DNA from: an uncultured Acidimicrobiia bacterium
GTDB lineage: Bacteria > Actinomycetota > Acidimicrobiia > Acidimicrobiales > AC-14
Length of the DNA: 64,000 nt
Assembly (NCBI GenBank): GCA_963836205.1
Contig: CAWIIV010000020.1
Coordinates: 120,992 to 184,991, forward strand
Direction of reading: 5' to 3'
Part shown: positions 1 to 9,924 of the stretch, piece by piece
Position numbering within the stretch: position 1 is the stretch's first letter
How the letters are laid out: the number at the start of each line of letters is the position of its first letter
Position numbers and translations under genes: made by a program
The notes under the pieces: model-generated
The model's input: the letters and a program-made list of their open reading frames with translations, nothing else
Told to the model about the DNA's origin: nothing
Database searches by the model: none

Positions 1-742
1 CCGAGACGACCACCGGGACCGCCCACCGGCGCTGGTGGTGGTCGACCCAGTGGTCCATGAGGTTGACCCGGCCCAGGAACTCGTTCCAGCTCAGGCACGG
101 GACGTGGCGCCAGGCCTCGTTCTCCGGGTGCGACACCACGTACCCACCGAGGTAGACGAACGGGATGTTGACGCCCTCCATGGCCTGCACCCACTCCGGG
201 AAGTGGGCGGCCGCGGCCAGGACCTCGGCCGACGCCGAGTGGCGGCCCCGGATCTCGATGGCCCGGACCCCGTCGATCGGGTCCCAGCCCGCGGCCAGGT
301 CGATGGTGACCCGCCGGATCCCGGGGACGTGCCTGCCGCCGGGGAGCAGCCGCACCGGGCGGGGACCCTCCAGGTGCTGGCGCCAGCTCCAGTTCTCGGG
401 CACGCCTTCGGAAGCGGCCGCCCACAGCTCCTCGAACGTGCGCCGGATGCCGTCGACGCCGTCCTTCTCGGGCAGGAAGACGGCCACCACGTCGGCCATC
501 AGCGGCTGGGGGTGCACCACGGGAGTGGTGTCGACGGCGTCGAAGTCGGCGTCGGTGAAGCCCCAGTCCCGCTCCGCGTTCCAGCGGCGGACGTTGGCCA
601 GCTGGTCGGCGACGGGGATGAAGAGACGCTCGTTCAACGTGGCCCGGTCGATGGTTTCGATGGTCACGAGTGTACGGCGGGGGGTCGGAAGCTCTGCGCC
701 ATCAGGTTCGGCGGTGTCGGGTGCGAGGGTGAGTGCGGACAC
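1..742 (-). CDS. Hypothetical protein, runs off the window edge (not in ORF track)
   Basis: Manual translation from GTG at 742, GGAGG upstream: MSALTLAPDT...LFIPVADQLANVRRWNAERDWGFTDADFD...SAEVLAAAAHFPEWVQAMEG...; GC3-rich codons, no stop before base 1. Confidence 0.7.
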   Translation of the reverse strand, partial: MSALTLAPDTAEPDGAELPTPRRTLVTIETIDRATLNERLFIPVADQLANVRRWNAERDWGFTDADFDAVDTTPVVHPQPLMADVVAVFLPEKDGVDGIRRTFEELWAAASEGVPENWSWRQHLEGPRPVRLLPGGRHVPGIRRVTIDLAAGWDPIDGVRAIEIRGRHSASAEVLAAAAHFPEWVQAMEGVNIPFVYLGGYVVSHPENEAWRHVPCLSWNEFLGRVNLMDHWVDHHQRRWAVPVVVS

Positions 743-825
743 GAGGTTTCCTCCGTAGCAGCGATGTCGAACTTCGTTTCAACGGCCCCGTCACTCACGA
801 CATTCCCGCCGCCTCAGGCCGCGGT

Positions 826-1062
826 TCACCGGCGGTAGCGGGCGACGAGCTCGTCCCGGCCACGGCGGTCGAGGGGGGGCGGGGCCACCCGGCTGACGGC
901 CCGCACCATCGTCCGCATCTGCCGGAGGTAGGCGGTGCAGTGCCGGCATGCCCGCAGGTGCTCCTCGAGGCGGGCGCGGACGGCAGGGCCAAGTGCACCC
1001 TCCAGGTGATCGGTGACCAGCTCGACCACCTCCTGGCATCCGAGTCGGCGGCGGCCGGGCAC
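826..1062 (-). CDS. Zinc-finger (zf-HC2/ZAS) anti-sigma-factor-like small protein
   Basis: CQEVVELVTDHLEG...EEHLRACRHC, a C...HxxxCxxC ZAS motif. Confidence 0.85.
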   Translation of the reverse strand: MPGRRRLGCQEVVELVTDHLEGALGPAVRARLEEHLRACRHCTAYLRQMRTMVRAVSRVAPPPLDRRGRDELVARYRR

Positions 1063-1072
1063 GAAGGTGCGC

Positions 1073-1825
1073 TCAGACCGGGACCGGGGTGGCGTTGGCG
1101 ACCGGCACGGCGAAGGCGCGGCACCACACGAGGACGGTGAACTGCTCGGCGACGACGTCGACCCCGGCCGGAATCGGGTAGTTCTGGCTCCCCCGGTTGC
1201 CCTTCAGCGCCCCCAGGTCGTGGCCGCCGCCGGGCGACTCCCGATCGGCGCCCGGCACCAGGTGCACGAAGTAGTCGGGCCCGTTCTGGATGTCGATGTC
1301 CTCCAGGCGGACGATGTGCGACCCGTCGTCGAGGCGGTACAGGGCCGCCGCCCCCGACGCCCGGTGGTCGATGCCCCGCAGCTCGCCGATCGAAAGGAGA
1401 ACGGGGCCGGACGGGGCCGGGACCGGGACCGGGGCGGTGGCGGTCACCGACGGCCCCGTGGGGAGGGCGGGCCCGTCAGCCGGCGTCGCCACCGCGACCG
1501 GAGCCGCCACCGCCGCCGATCCGGGAAGGGGCTCCACCACCTCCTCGTCGGTGAAGTACGGGACGACGAGGAGCCACCCGATCAGGCCGACGGGCACGGC
1601 CATCACCAGGCCCCGGACGACGGCGCTGTCGACGCAGCGGCGCAGCACCCACGACAGCGCCACCAGGGCCAGCACGATCACGGCCAGCCGGCTGAGGGCG
1701 GCGGGCGAGGTGAGCGTGGCCTTGACCACGTCGCCCCGGAACACGACGGCGGCGGCCACCGCGGCCACGACCACCCCTCCCCAGGCCAGGTCGCCCGGAC
1801 GCACCGCCCGGGGCGCCGGGGTCAC
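1073..1825 (-). CDS. Membrane-anchored DM13 domain protein
   Basis: N-terminal TM helices; [37 protein letters not shown]; GTG overlaps the egtA stop. Confidence 0.85.
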   Translation of the reverse strand: MTPAPRAVRPGDLAWGGVVVAAVAAAVVFRGDVVKATLTSPAALSRLAVIVLALVALSWVLRRCVDSAVVRGLVMAVPVGLIGWLLVVPYFTDEEVVEPLPGSAAVAAPVAVATPADGPALPTGPSVTATAPVPVPAPSGPVLLSIGELRGIDHRASGAAALYRLDDGSHIVRLEDIDIQNGPDYFVHLVPGADRESPGGGHDLGALKGNRGSQNYPIPAGVDVVAEQFTVLVWCRAFAVPVANATPVPV

Positions 1826-3122
1826 GGCCGGACGGCTGCGGAGGGCCCGGCGACCCAGGACAGGTCGCCGGGGAGGTAGCGGGCGCCGGTCCGGCGCCAG
1901 TGGTCGAGGACGTCGTCGGCGGGGCACCGGCCCCGCTCGACGTAGCGGTCGAGGTAGGCGGCCACCGCGCCGACCGTGGCCCGGTCGGCGCCCGTGCGCA
2001 CCAGGGAGTCGAGTGCGAGCCGGAAGCAGGCCCGGGCGGCGTCGGCCAGGGCGGGATGGGCCAGGCCGAGGCGCGACGCCGGCACCCACAGGTCGGCCGT
2101 GCTCCAAGCCGCCTGGGCCGCCGCCTCCCCGGCCTCGTCGTCGTACATCAGGGCGGTGGCCACGGCCACGGCCACCCGCCACCAGGGCCGGGGCAGGCTG
2201 TCGACCATCCGCAGCTCCAGCCAACCCCGGGGCCGCACCGGCGGGAAGAGCGTGGTCAGGTGGTAGTCGAGGTCGTCGAGGGTCGGGAAACCCAGGGTGT
2301 GGCCGTGGTCGACCCACTCCCCGAACGTCAGCGGCGTGCGCACCGGCACGCACCGCCCGGCGCCGTCGTGGATGAGCATGACCTGGGCGTCCATGACGTA
2401 CGCCCCCCACGTCCCCGGCCACGGTCCGGGTCCGCCGGCCGACCGGGTGCGGGACGGGTCGATCCGCCACCAGGTGGCCAGCCGGTACGATTTCCATCCG
2501 CTGGGCCCGCCCGCGACCAGGGGCGAGTTGGCGAAGCTGGCCGCCAGCGTGGGGCCGAGCAGGTGGGCCAGGCCCCACCGGGTGTCGGACGAACGGTTGC
2601 GGGCGTCGAAGTCGAGGTTGACCTGGAGCCCGGCGGTTGCGCACATCATGGTGCGCCCGGCATTCGCCCAGTCCTGGTCGGGGCCGGCGAAGTAGGCCTC
2701 CATGGCGTCGTACCGGGGGGAACGGATGACCCGGGCGGTGGTGGGCGACGGGTCGATGCCGCTGCCGACGAGGACGATCCCGAGGTCGGCGAGGCGGTCG
2801 GCGACCAACGTCAGGTCGGCCTCGAGCAGGGAGCACGCGGCGGAGACGTCGGCCGCCGGGGGGAGCTCAGCTCGAGCTGGCCGCCGGGCTCGAAGGTGAC
2901 GGAGGTGCCGCTGGCCAGGGGTCCGAGCGCCTCCAAGGCCCCCCGGACCGCGTCGTGGGAGGCCCGCCCCCCGTCGAGGCCCATCGGCAGCATCTCCAAC
3001 TCGATGCCCACCCGATCGGCACCCATGAGGTCGGGGCCTTCGAGCCGCGGCAGGAAGAAGCCCCGCCGTACGGCGTGCTCGACTGCGGCCTCTCGGCTGA
3101 GAACAGCGACCCTTTTCGGCAT
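1822..3122 (-). CDS. egtA: Glutamate-cysteine ligase (GCS2 family), EgtA-like; frameshift near 2860
   Basis: [53 protein letters not shown]; split at a G/C homopolymer. Confidence 0.8.
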
Positions 3123-3242
3123 GATGGACCTTCCCGCCGCCTTACCGGCTCTTCGCTACGACATCCCCGTCCGGATGACCCCCTCCAGCGTTACACCCCC
3201 GAAGCGCGGTGGCCGACACGCCTCGGTGGGCAGAACCCATCT

Positions 3243-3593
3243 ATGCCCAAATATCTGGTCAACGAACAAGCGGTGGCCCATTGCCGCCGGCTGATCGACG
3301 CCCGCCGGTACGTGCTCCGCAGCACCTGGGGCGAGGTCCAGGCCACGGCCGAGGACGAGAACAAGTACCTCGAACGCCACTCCTGGGAGGAGTACGCGGC
3401 CTGGCACCTCGGGCTCACGGTGGGCGCCAACGACGAGACCAAGGCCCGCCACGGCTTCGGCTACGGCGACTTCCGGCGGGTCCACCGCTCGGCCCTCATC
3501 GCCTGCGTCTTCCGGGCCGCGGAGTGGAACCACAAGGAGGTCGAGCTGGCCGCCCACGACCTCCTCCAGTACCTCGACGCCAAGCGGGCCTGA
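3243..3593 (+). CDS. Hypothetical protein (116 aa)
   Basis: MPKYLVNEQAVAHCRRLI...WHLGL...YGDFRRVHRSALIAC; strong coding bias. Confidence 0.8.
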   Translation: MPKYLVNEQAVAHCRRLIDARRYVLRSTWGEVQATAEDENKYLERHSWEEYAAWHLGLTVGANDETKARHGFGYGDFRRVHRSALIACVFRAAEWNHKEVELAAHDLLQYLDAKRA

Positions 3594-3662
3594 CCCGCCC
3601 ATCCGTGCCACGCTCGGTGTAACACCGTTCGTCCCCGGAGGACGGTCGAGCGTGAAGGAGCG

Positions 3663-4583
3663 GTGATGGTCGTCAGGAATCCTCGGGCGGAAGCGGCGAT
3701 TCGCATCAACCACCGGTACGACCCGAGGGTCCCCGAACCTTCGCCGCCGGCGGTGAACGAGGGCCCGTGGTTCGCCGACGACCCCGTCGCCGGCGGGGAG
3801 CTGGTGCCTTTCGTCCGCCCCGGCGCCCGCACGTGGGACGACTTCTGCACCGAGATCGGCAACGCCGAGCTGCGCACGTGGTGCGAGCTGCGGTGGCTCG
3901 TCCCCCGCGGCCTCGACCCCCTCCCGCCCGCCTTCGCCGAGACCCGCGACGCCCTCCACCGGGTGGCCGAGCACGTGATCGCCCCCCGCCGGCACCTGGC
4001 CAACGGCAAGATCGGCCTCCGGTACACCTACCGCGGCTTCGGGACGCCCTATTTCGACGACGACCACCAGGTGCGGGTGGAGGACGGCGAGCTGGTCGAC
4101 CGCAACCGCCGGCGCCAGCTCACCACCCTGGCTGCGGCCGCCGAGCTCGTCGGCGTCGAGCTGGGGAAAGGTACGGGCGTCTACACCCCCACCACCCCCT
4201 GCGAGCCCGACGCCCCCCTCGCGGTCGACTTCAACGCGGCCCGGGCGGTGGGCGACTGGTTCGGCTTCGTGACCGCCGTCCTCGAACAGCTCCGGGAGGA
4301 GGCGGGCGACGACGACTCGCCGTCGAGGGTGCAGCTCTGGCCGGAGCACTTCGACATCGCCGTCGACCTCGGCCCGGAGGGCGACCGGGCCAACTTCGGG
4401 GGCTCGCCGGGTGACGCCGGGCACCCCGAGCCCTACCTCTACGTCGGCCCGTGGGACACCCGGCCCCGGGAGGGCGACTTCTGGAACGAGCCCTTCGGGG
4501 CGTCGCTGTCGTACTCCGCCATCCGGGCGGGGGCCGACCCGCTCGAGTTCCTCCGACAGGGAAAGGCGCTGGTCAGGTCATGA
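3663..4583 (+). CDS. Hypothetical protein (start may be GTG 3753)
   Basis: QLWPEHFDIA and GSPGDAGHPEPYLYVGPW motifs; stop overlaps the next ATG. Confidence 0.75.
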   Translation: MMVVRNPRAEAAIRINHRYDPRVPEPSPPAVNEGPWFADDPVAGGELVPFVRPGARTWDDFCTEIGNAELRTWCELRWLVPRGLDPLPPAFAETRDALHRVAEHVIAPRRHLANGKIGLRYTYRGFGTPYFDDDHQVRVEDGELVDRNRRRQLTTLAAAAELVGVELGKGTGVYTPTTPCEPDAPLAVDFNAARAVGDWFGFVTAVLEQLREEAGDDDSPSRVQLWPEHFDIAVDLGPEGDRANFGGSPGDAGHPEPYLYVGPWDTRPREGDFWNEPFGASLSYSAIRAGADPLEFLRQGKALVRS

Positions 4584-6529
4584 GCGAGAACGCATGGGTG
4601 AGGATCGACCCCGGGGGCCTGGAGGAGGGGCGGGTGACGACCGTGGTCGCCGCCGGGCGGGCCATCTGCCTGGCCCGCACCGCCACCGGGTACGGCGCCC
4701 TCGACAACCACTGCCCCCACCAGGGCGGGCCCCTGGGCGACGGCCAGATCGCCGACGGCTACGTCATCTGCCCGTGGCACGCCTACGAGTACGACCCGGC
4801 CACCGGCAAGCCCCCGCCCGGCTTCAAGGACGGAGCCACCCCCTACGCGGTCGAAGACCGGGGCGCGGACGGCCTGTGGGTCGAGCTGCCGGTGGCCGAG
4901 AACCTCGTCTCGCTGATGGACCAGATGGTCGACGTGCTCTGCGAATGGGGTCTCGACACCGTGTTCGGGATGGTCGGCCACTCCAACCTGGGCCTGGCCG
5001 ACGCCCTCCGCCGCGCCGAGGAGGACGGGCGCATCACCTACATCGGCATCCGCCACGAGGGGGCGGGCGCCTTCGCCGCCTCCGGCTACGCCAAGGTGTC
5101 GGGCCGACCGGCGGCCTGCCTCACCATCGCCGGCCCCGGCGCCACCAACCTCCTCACCGGCCTGTGGGACGCCAAGGTCGACCGGGTGCCGATCGTGGCC
5201 CTCACCGGGCAGGTGAAGTCGCAGGTCATCGGGCCGGGGACGTTCCAGGAAGTCGACCTCGCCTCCGCCTTCAAGCCGGTGGCGGCGTGGAGCCAGACCG
5301 TCCTCCGCCCCGAGAACGCCACCGAGCTGGCCGCCCTGGCCATGAAGCACGCCCTGGTGGAGCGCGACGTCGCCCACCTCATCTTCCCGGACGAGGTCCA
5401 GGAGCTGCCGGGGGTCGCCACGCCCGCGCCCCGGCCCCGCCTCGGGAGGGTCGCGGCCCCGGAGATCGGCCCGCCCGAGGCCGAGCTGGCCCGCGCCGTG
5501 GAGCTGCTCCGCGCCGCCCAGCGGCCGGTGATCATCGTCGGCAACGGCGCCCGCGGCTACGGCGACGAGATCGCCGCCTTCGCCGAGCACGTCGACGCCC
5601 CCGTGATCACCACGTTCAAGGCCAAGGGGCTGGTCCCCGACTCCCACCCGCTGGCGTGCGGCGTCCTCGGCCGCTCGGGCATCCCGGTGGCGTCGATCCA
5701 CATGGGCCGCAGCGACTGCCTGCTGGTGCTGGGGGCGTCGTTCTCCGACCACACCGGGATCGCCACCTACGTCCCCACCATCCAGGTCGACTTCGAACGC
5801 ATGATGCTGGGCAAGTTCCACCCCGTCACCGTCCCCCTGTGGGGTGAGATCGGCCGCACCCTGGCCCTGCTGGCCGCGGCCGTACCCGCGGCCGAGCACC
5901 CCGCCCAGCGGGAGTCGATCGCCAAGCAGTGGCGCCGGTGGCGGGCGGAGAAGGCGGCCCGCTCGCTGTTGGCCGACGGCCGCGGGCGCATGCACCCGGC
6001 CCACGTGTTCGAGGTGTTGTCCCGCCTGGTGCCGGAGGACGCGGTCGTCCCCGTCGACGTGGGCAACAACGCCTACTCCTTCGGCCGCTACTTCGAGACC
6101 CAACGGGGCCAGACGGTGCTGATGTCCGGTTACCTGGGCTCGATCGGCTTCGGGTTCCCGGCGGCCATGGGCGCGTGGGCCGCCACCAAGGGCACCGGCC
6201 GCAAGGTGGTCTCGATCAGCGGCGACGGGGGTTTCGGGCAGTACCTGGCCGAGATGACCACGGCGGTCGCCCACTCCATGCCGATCACCCACGTCCTGCT
6301 CAACAACGACGAGCTGGGCAAGATCTCCAAGGAGCAGATCGGTGCCCTCCGCCCGGTGTGGCAGACGGCCCTGGTCAACCCCGACTTCGCCGCCTACGCC
6401 CGCCTGTGCGGGGCCCGCGGCTGGCGGGTCGAGCGCCCGGAGGACCTGGAGCCGGCCCTGGCCGAAGCCCTCGCCGTCACCGACGGTCCGGGCCTGGTCG
6501 AGGTGGTGACGTCGGCCCGCGACGTCTGA
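4580..6529 (+). CDS. Rieske [2Fe-2S] fused to ThDP-dependent enzyme (pyruvate oxidase/acetolactate synthase family)
   Basis: CPHQGGPL...CPWH; IRHEGAGAF; GPGATNL; GDGG...LNN ThDP motif. Confidence 0.9.
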   Translation: MSENAWVRIDPGGLEEGRVTTVVAAGRAICLARTATGYGALDNHCPHQGGPLGDGQIADGYVICPWHAYEYDPATGKPPPGFKDGATPYAVEDRGADGLWVELPVAENLVSLMDQMVDVLCEWGLDTVFGMVGHSNLGLADALRRAEEDGRITYIGIRHEGAGAFAASGYAKVSGRPAACLTIAGPGATNLLTGLWDAKVDRVPIVALTGQVKSQVIGPGTFQEVDLASAFKPVAAWSQTVLRPENATELAALAMKHALVERDVAHLIFPDEVQELPGVATPAPRPRLGRVAAPEIGPPEAELARAVELLRAAQRPVIIVGNGARGYGDEIAAFAEHVDAPVITTFKAKGLVPDSHPLACGVLGRSGIPVASIHMGRSDCLLVLGASFSDHTGIATYVPTIQVDFERMMLGKFHPVTVPLWGEIGRTLALLAAAVPAAEHPAQRESIAKQWRRWRAEKAARSLLADGRGRMHPAHVFEVLSRLVPEDAVVPVDVGNNAYSFGRYFETQRGQTVLMSGYLGSIGFGFPAAMGAWAATKGTGRKVVSISGDGGFGQYLAEMTTAVAHSMPITHVLLNNDELGKISKEQIGALRPVWQTALVNPDFAAYARLCGARGWRVERPEDLEPALAEALAVTDGPGLVEVVTSARDV

Positions 6530-6565
6530 CCTCGTCCGGACACCCCTCCGGCTCCGTAAGAATGC

Positions 6566-8302
6566 ATGCCCATGGCCAAGGAACGCGCCCCCGGACGTCC
6601 GGTCAGCTTCGGTTCCGACGGCGCCCTGGACCGGCCCGCATCGGAAGCCGACCTCGACTTCGTCCGCCGGCCCATGGTGCGCTGGCTCGACCCCCACCAG
6701 CTCCTCGACACCGCCGGCCGGGTCCTGGCGTCGGGATTCTGGAGCGCCTACACCGACAACCGGGAGCTCCAGGCCATGGTGGCGGCGGGCGTCCACGACC
6801 GGACGGCGGCGTCCGACGTATGGGTCGACTACGTCTCCGACCTGGGCGACGGCTTCAACTCGACGTACACCGTCGCCTACCTGCTGGCCCAGCCCGAACT
6901 CGACCTCGACGGGGAGCACACCCGGCGGGGACGGATCCTGGTCATGGGCGGCGACCAGGTGTACCCCGTCCCCAAGCGCTCGGAGTACGAGAACCGGCTG
7001 CTGGGGCCCTACCGGGCGGCCATGCCCAACCCGTCGGACGAGAAGCACGACCTGTTCGCCATTCCCGGCAGCCACGACTGGTACGACGGCCTCATCAACT
7101 TCACCAACATCTTCTGCCGGCGGCGGGAGCTGGGGGCGCTGCGGACGAGCCAGACCCGGAGCTATTTCGCGGTCGCCCTCCCCCACCGCTGGTGGCTGTG
7201 GGGCATCGACCTCCAGTTCGGGGACTTCATCGACGAGGCCCAGGTCCGCTACTTCAACGACATCGCCAGCGACGCCATGAAGCCGGGCGACCGCATCATC
7301 CTGTGCATGGCCAAGGAGGTCGACAGCGGGCCCAAGAGCGCCGAGGTCTGCTCCGACCGCGACGTCCGGTACCTGGAGCGGGAGGTGGTCGGGCCCGCCG
7401 GCGGCCGGATCGAGGTGTTCCTGAAGAGCGGGCGCCACTACTACAGCCGCTACGAGGAGGAGGACGGCCGCCAGCTCATCACCGCCGGCGGCGGGGGGTC
7501 CTTCCTCCACCCCACCCACCAGCTCCCGGAAGGCTCCAGCCCCCACGGCAAGCTCAAGACGAACTACCGGAAGCAGGCGGTCTATCCCACCGAGACGGTG
7601 TCGAAGGGGCTGCGCAAGCGGGTCTTCCTGCTGCCCGCCTACAACCTCCCCCTGGCCGCGGTGCTGGGGATGGTCCACGTGCTGCTGGCCTTCCTCCTGC
7701 GGCTGCACCTGGAGGACCAGTACCTCACGCTCGGGGTCGCCGACCTGTGGCACGCCCTGTGGGAGACGCCGGCCGCCTTCCTGCTGGTCTTCCTCCTCAT
7801 CACCAGCATCGGAGCCATGGTGTTGCTGGCCCACGACGCCGCCGGCTGGCCCCGATTGGCCCTGGGGCTCGTCCACTCCACCCTCCAGGTGGGCGGGCTG
7901 GCCTTCGTCTATCTGGTGGCGTCGCACGGGGCGGCCACGCTGGGGGCCTCGGGCGGGGTGGTGTCGCTCCTCGTCTTCCTCGTCCTCGTGTACCTGATCG
8001 GAGGGATCGGGGGGGTGCTGGGGATCGCGGCCTACTTCTGGGCCACAAACATCCTCGGCTACCACGGCAACGAGGTCTATGCCCCCCTCCACCACGAGGA
8101 CCTCAAGAACTTCCTCCGCCTCCACTTCGAGGCCGACGGCGGTCTGACCATCTACCCCATCGGCATCGACCGGGTCGGCCGCCACTGGAAGCTCAACCCC
8201 GAGGGGCCGGCCGACTCGCCGTGGTTCGTGCCCGACGGCCACAATCCTCCGCGACCCCACCTCATCGAGCCGCCGATCCGGATCAAGGGCGGTCCCGGCT
8301 GA
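6566..8302 (+). CDS. Calcineurin-like metallophosphoesterase with C-terminal TM helices
   Basis: SDLGDG, GGDQVYP, PGSHDWYDG, GGGGSFLHPTH; hydrophobic C-terminal segments. Confidence 0.8.
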   Translation: MPMAKERAPGRPVSFGSDGALDRPASEADLDFVRRPMVRWLDPHQLLDTAGRVLASGFWSAYTDNRELQAMVAAGVHDRTAASDVWVDYVSDLGDGFNSTYTVAYLLAQPELDLDGEHTRRGRILVMGGDQVYPVPKRSEYENRLLGPYRAAMPNPSDEKHDLFAIPGSHDWYDGLINFTNIFCRRRELGALRTSQTRSYFAVALPHRWWLWGIDLQFGDFIDEAQVRYFNDIASDAMKPGDRIILCMAKEVDSGPKSAEVCSDRDVRYLEREVVGPAGGRIEVFLKSGRHYYSRYEEEDGRQLITAGGGGSFLHPTHQLPEGSSPHGKLKTNYRKQAVYPTETVSKGLRKRVFLLPAYNLPLAAVLGMVHVLLAFLLRLHLEDQYLTLGVADLWHALWETPAAFLLVFLLITSIGAMVLLAHDAAGWPRLALGLVHSTLQVGGLAFVYLVASHGAATLGASGGVVSLLVFLVLVYLIGGIGGVLGIAAYFWATNILGYHGNEVYAPLHHEDLKNFLRLHFEADGGLTIYPIGIDRVGRHWKLNPEGPADSPWFVPDGHNPPRPHLIEPPIRIKGGPG

Positions 8303-8306
8303 CGCG

Positions 8307-8477
8307 TCAGATGGCGATGTGGACGTTGAACAGGACCAGGGGCCACACGAGGACCGCCAGAAGCGCGGAGAGGACGCCCGACAGGCTGTCGAGGTGATCG
8401 AGGAAGCCCTTGTTGGCCGCGACCACCAGCCCGATGACGATCCAGACGACGAACCCGAGGCTGACCGGTCTACGCAT
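8307..8477 (-). CDS. Small two-TM membrane protein (56 aa, not in ORF track)
   Basis: MRRPVSLGFVVWIVIGLVVAANKGFLDHLDSLSGVLSALLAVLVWPLVLFNVHIAI; start overlaps the upstream stop. Confidence 0.75.
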   Translation of the reverse strand: MRRPVSLGFVVWIVIGLVVAANKGFLDHLDSLSGVLSALLAVLVWPLVLFNVHIAI

Positions 8478-8622
8478 GGGTCTGCCCCTCGGCCGCGAGC
8501 CCGGGGTGGACCGGGCCCTGGACGGGCGGCCGCTCGACGAGGCGATCGAGCCACGTGGCGACCCAGAGGAAGAGGACCAGCCCGGCCAACACCGCCGGCG
8601 GGGTCCAGAGGCTGAGGTTCAT
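8470..8622 (-). CDS. Small single-TM protein (50 aa)
   Basis: MNLSLWTPPAVLAGLVLFLWVATWLDRLVE...; ATGA-coupled to the upstream ORF. Confidence 0.6.
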   Translation of the reverse strand: MNLSLWTPPAVLAGLVLFLWVATWLDRLVERPPVQGPVHPGLAAEGQTHA

Positions 8623-8843
8623 CGGGAGGCCCCGGTCGACGCTCGGCGGTGGCGACGGCGGCCGCGGCCGCTGGCGGGACGGGTGCTCGGTTCCGACTCG
8701 ATGCCGGCGGGGGCGGCGGTGGTGTCGCGCTCGACAGCCTGACCGTCGGCAAGGACGATGTCGCTCGCCCGCGCCGCCGTCACCCGCAGGGCGACGTTGG
8801 ACTGGAGGGGACGGGACGGGAGCGCGAAGGCTCGGTGGGGCAT
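8619..8843 (-). CDS. Small hypothetical protein (74 aa)
   Basis: GGAGG 4 nt before ATG; stop forms an ATGA overlap with the next ORF. Confidence 0.45.
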   Translation of the reverse strand: MPHRAFALPSRPLQSNVALRVTAARASDIVLADGQAVERDTTAAPAGIESEPSTRPASGRGRRRHRRASTGASR

Positions 8844-8850
8844 GGGACCT

Positions 8851-8964
8851 CCCTGGTGACGAACGCACTTGACTGCGTTACCAGGGTCCGGAGCAACGCT
8901 CCCGGGAGGGTGCCGACGGTGGCCGGCAGAGTCCGACACGGTGCGGGGACTCACTCCGTGTCGG
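8851..8964 (-). promoter_or_regulatory. Structured 5' leader with three hairpins, the last overlapping the SD
   Basis: Inverted repeats CCGACACGG/CCGTGTCGG, CCGGAGC/GCTCC-CGG and CCCTGGT..AACGCA/TGCGTT.ACCAGGG. Confidence 0.4.
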
Positions 8965-9924
8965 GCCTGACGATACACCCCTCGCCGGCGCGCGGTCGTC
9001 TCTTGGACTCATCCAGTTGCTGGCCTTCGGCTTCTTGGCCGACGGCGGCGTAGCGATGGTGGTGGTCGGGCCGGATCGGAGCGACGGCGACGGCGATCGC
9101 CGCTCGGGTCGTCGGTACCGTCGATCGTGGCGACGGCAGATCTCCCTCGCGAGGCGAGCGCCATGACAAGGACCGCCGCCGTCCACCAGCAGTATGGACG
9201 GCGGCCGACGGGCCGATTCGGCGGCGGCCGGGCGCGGACACCGCTGACCCCGTACGGGGCTTTCCGAGGGACCGGCCGATGACGGGGTCAGGATTCAAGT
9301 CGACGGAATGACGGACGTGGCCGCGGCACGCGGTGGAGGGAGGCATGGCCCCCCTGGGCGGCCGCCATATCGGCTGTCTGGGCGAACTGTCGGTTCGGTC
9401 AGCGGCCATGGGCCGCTCGACGTGTACCAGCGAGGGCTCCAGCCACGGTCAGGCCTCGCCCGGATCCTGGGCCTCGACTGCCCGCATGAGGCCTGTCGGA
9501 GTGTCGGCGGCGAACGGGTTCCGCCCTGACGGGACCTCGAGCGCGCCTGGCCGAGCGCTGCGGGTCCTCGGAGTGCCCCGCTGTGGGTGGCGTTGGTGCC
9601 TGCCCGGCGGCTGCAGGCGCTGCTGGTACCGGCCGAGGCGCTGCTCGGAGAGGTTGTCGCTTGCCCAGGGTCACGAGGCGACTGTGGTCAGGAATCCGTC
9701 CTGAGAGGACGACGAGGTGATAGCCGGGGGCGGCCGGGTCGAGACCTCCCGTACAGGAGCGGTGTTTGGGGCGTCGGCCAATGCAGGCTCGGGCTCGAAG
9801 GGCTCCCGCGCGGATCAGCAAGAACCGTTCCTACGGATTCGAGCGCCGCCCTCCGCCTTGGAGGCGCTGGTCTTGGCCAGGGTCCAACGGCCTAGCTTAG
9901 GCTGCGGACATCGGGGACGAGGAG

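Noticed and set aside
4439-8752. 1437-aa minus-strand ORF and similar long antisense ORFs (e.g. 37852-41058)
   Set aside because: High-GC shadow ORFs opposite clear genes, with no motifs
8990-9900. Possible gene, tRNA or att site beside the TIR insert
   Set aside because: Only degenerate coding-like fragments; no cloverleaf, integrase or flanking direct repeat seen
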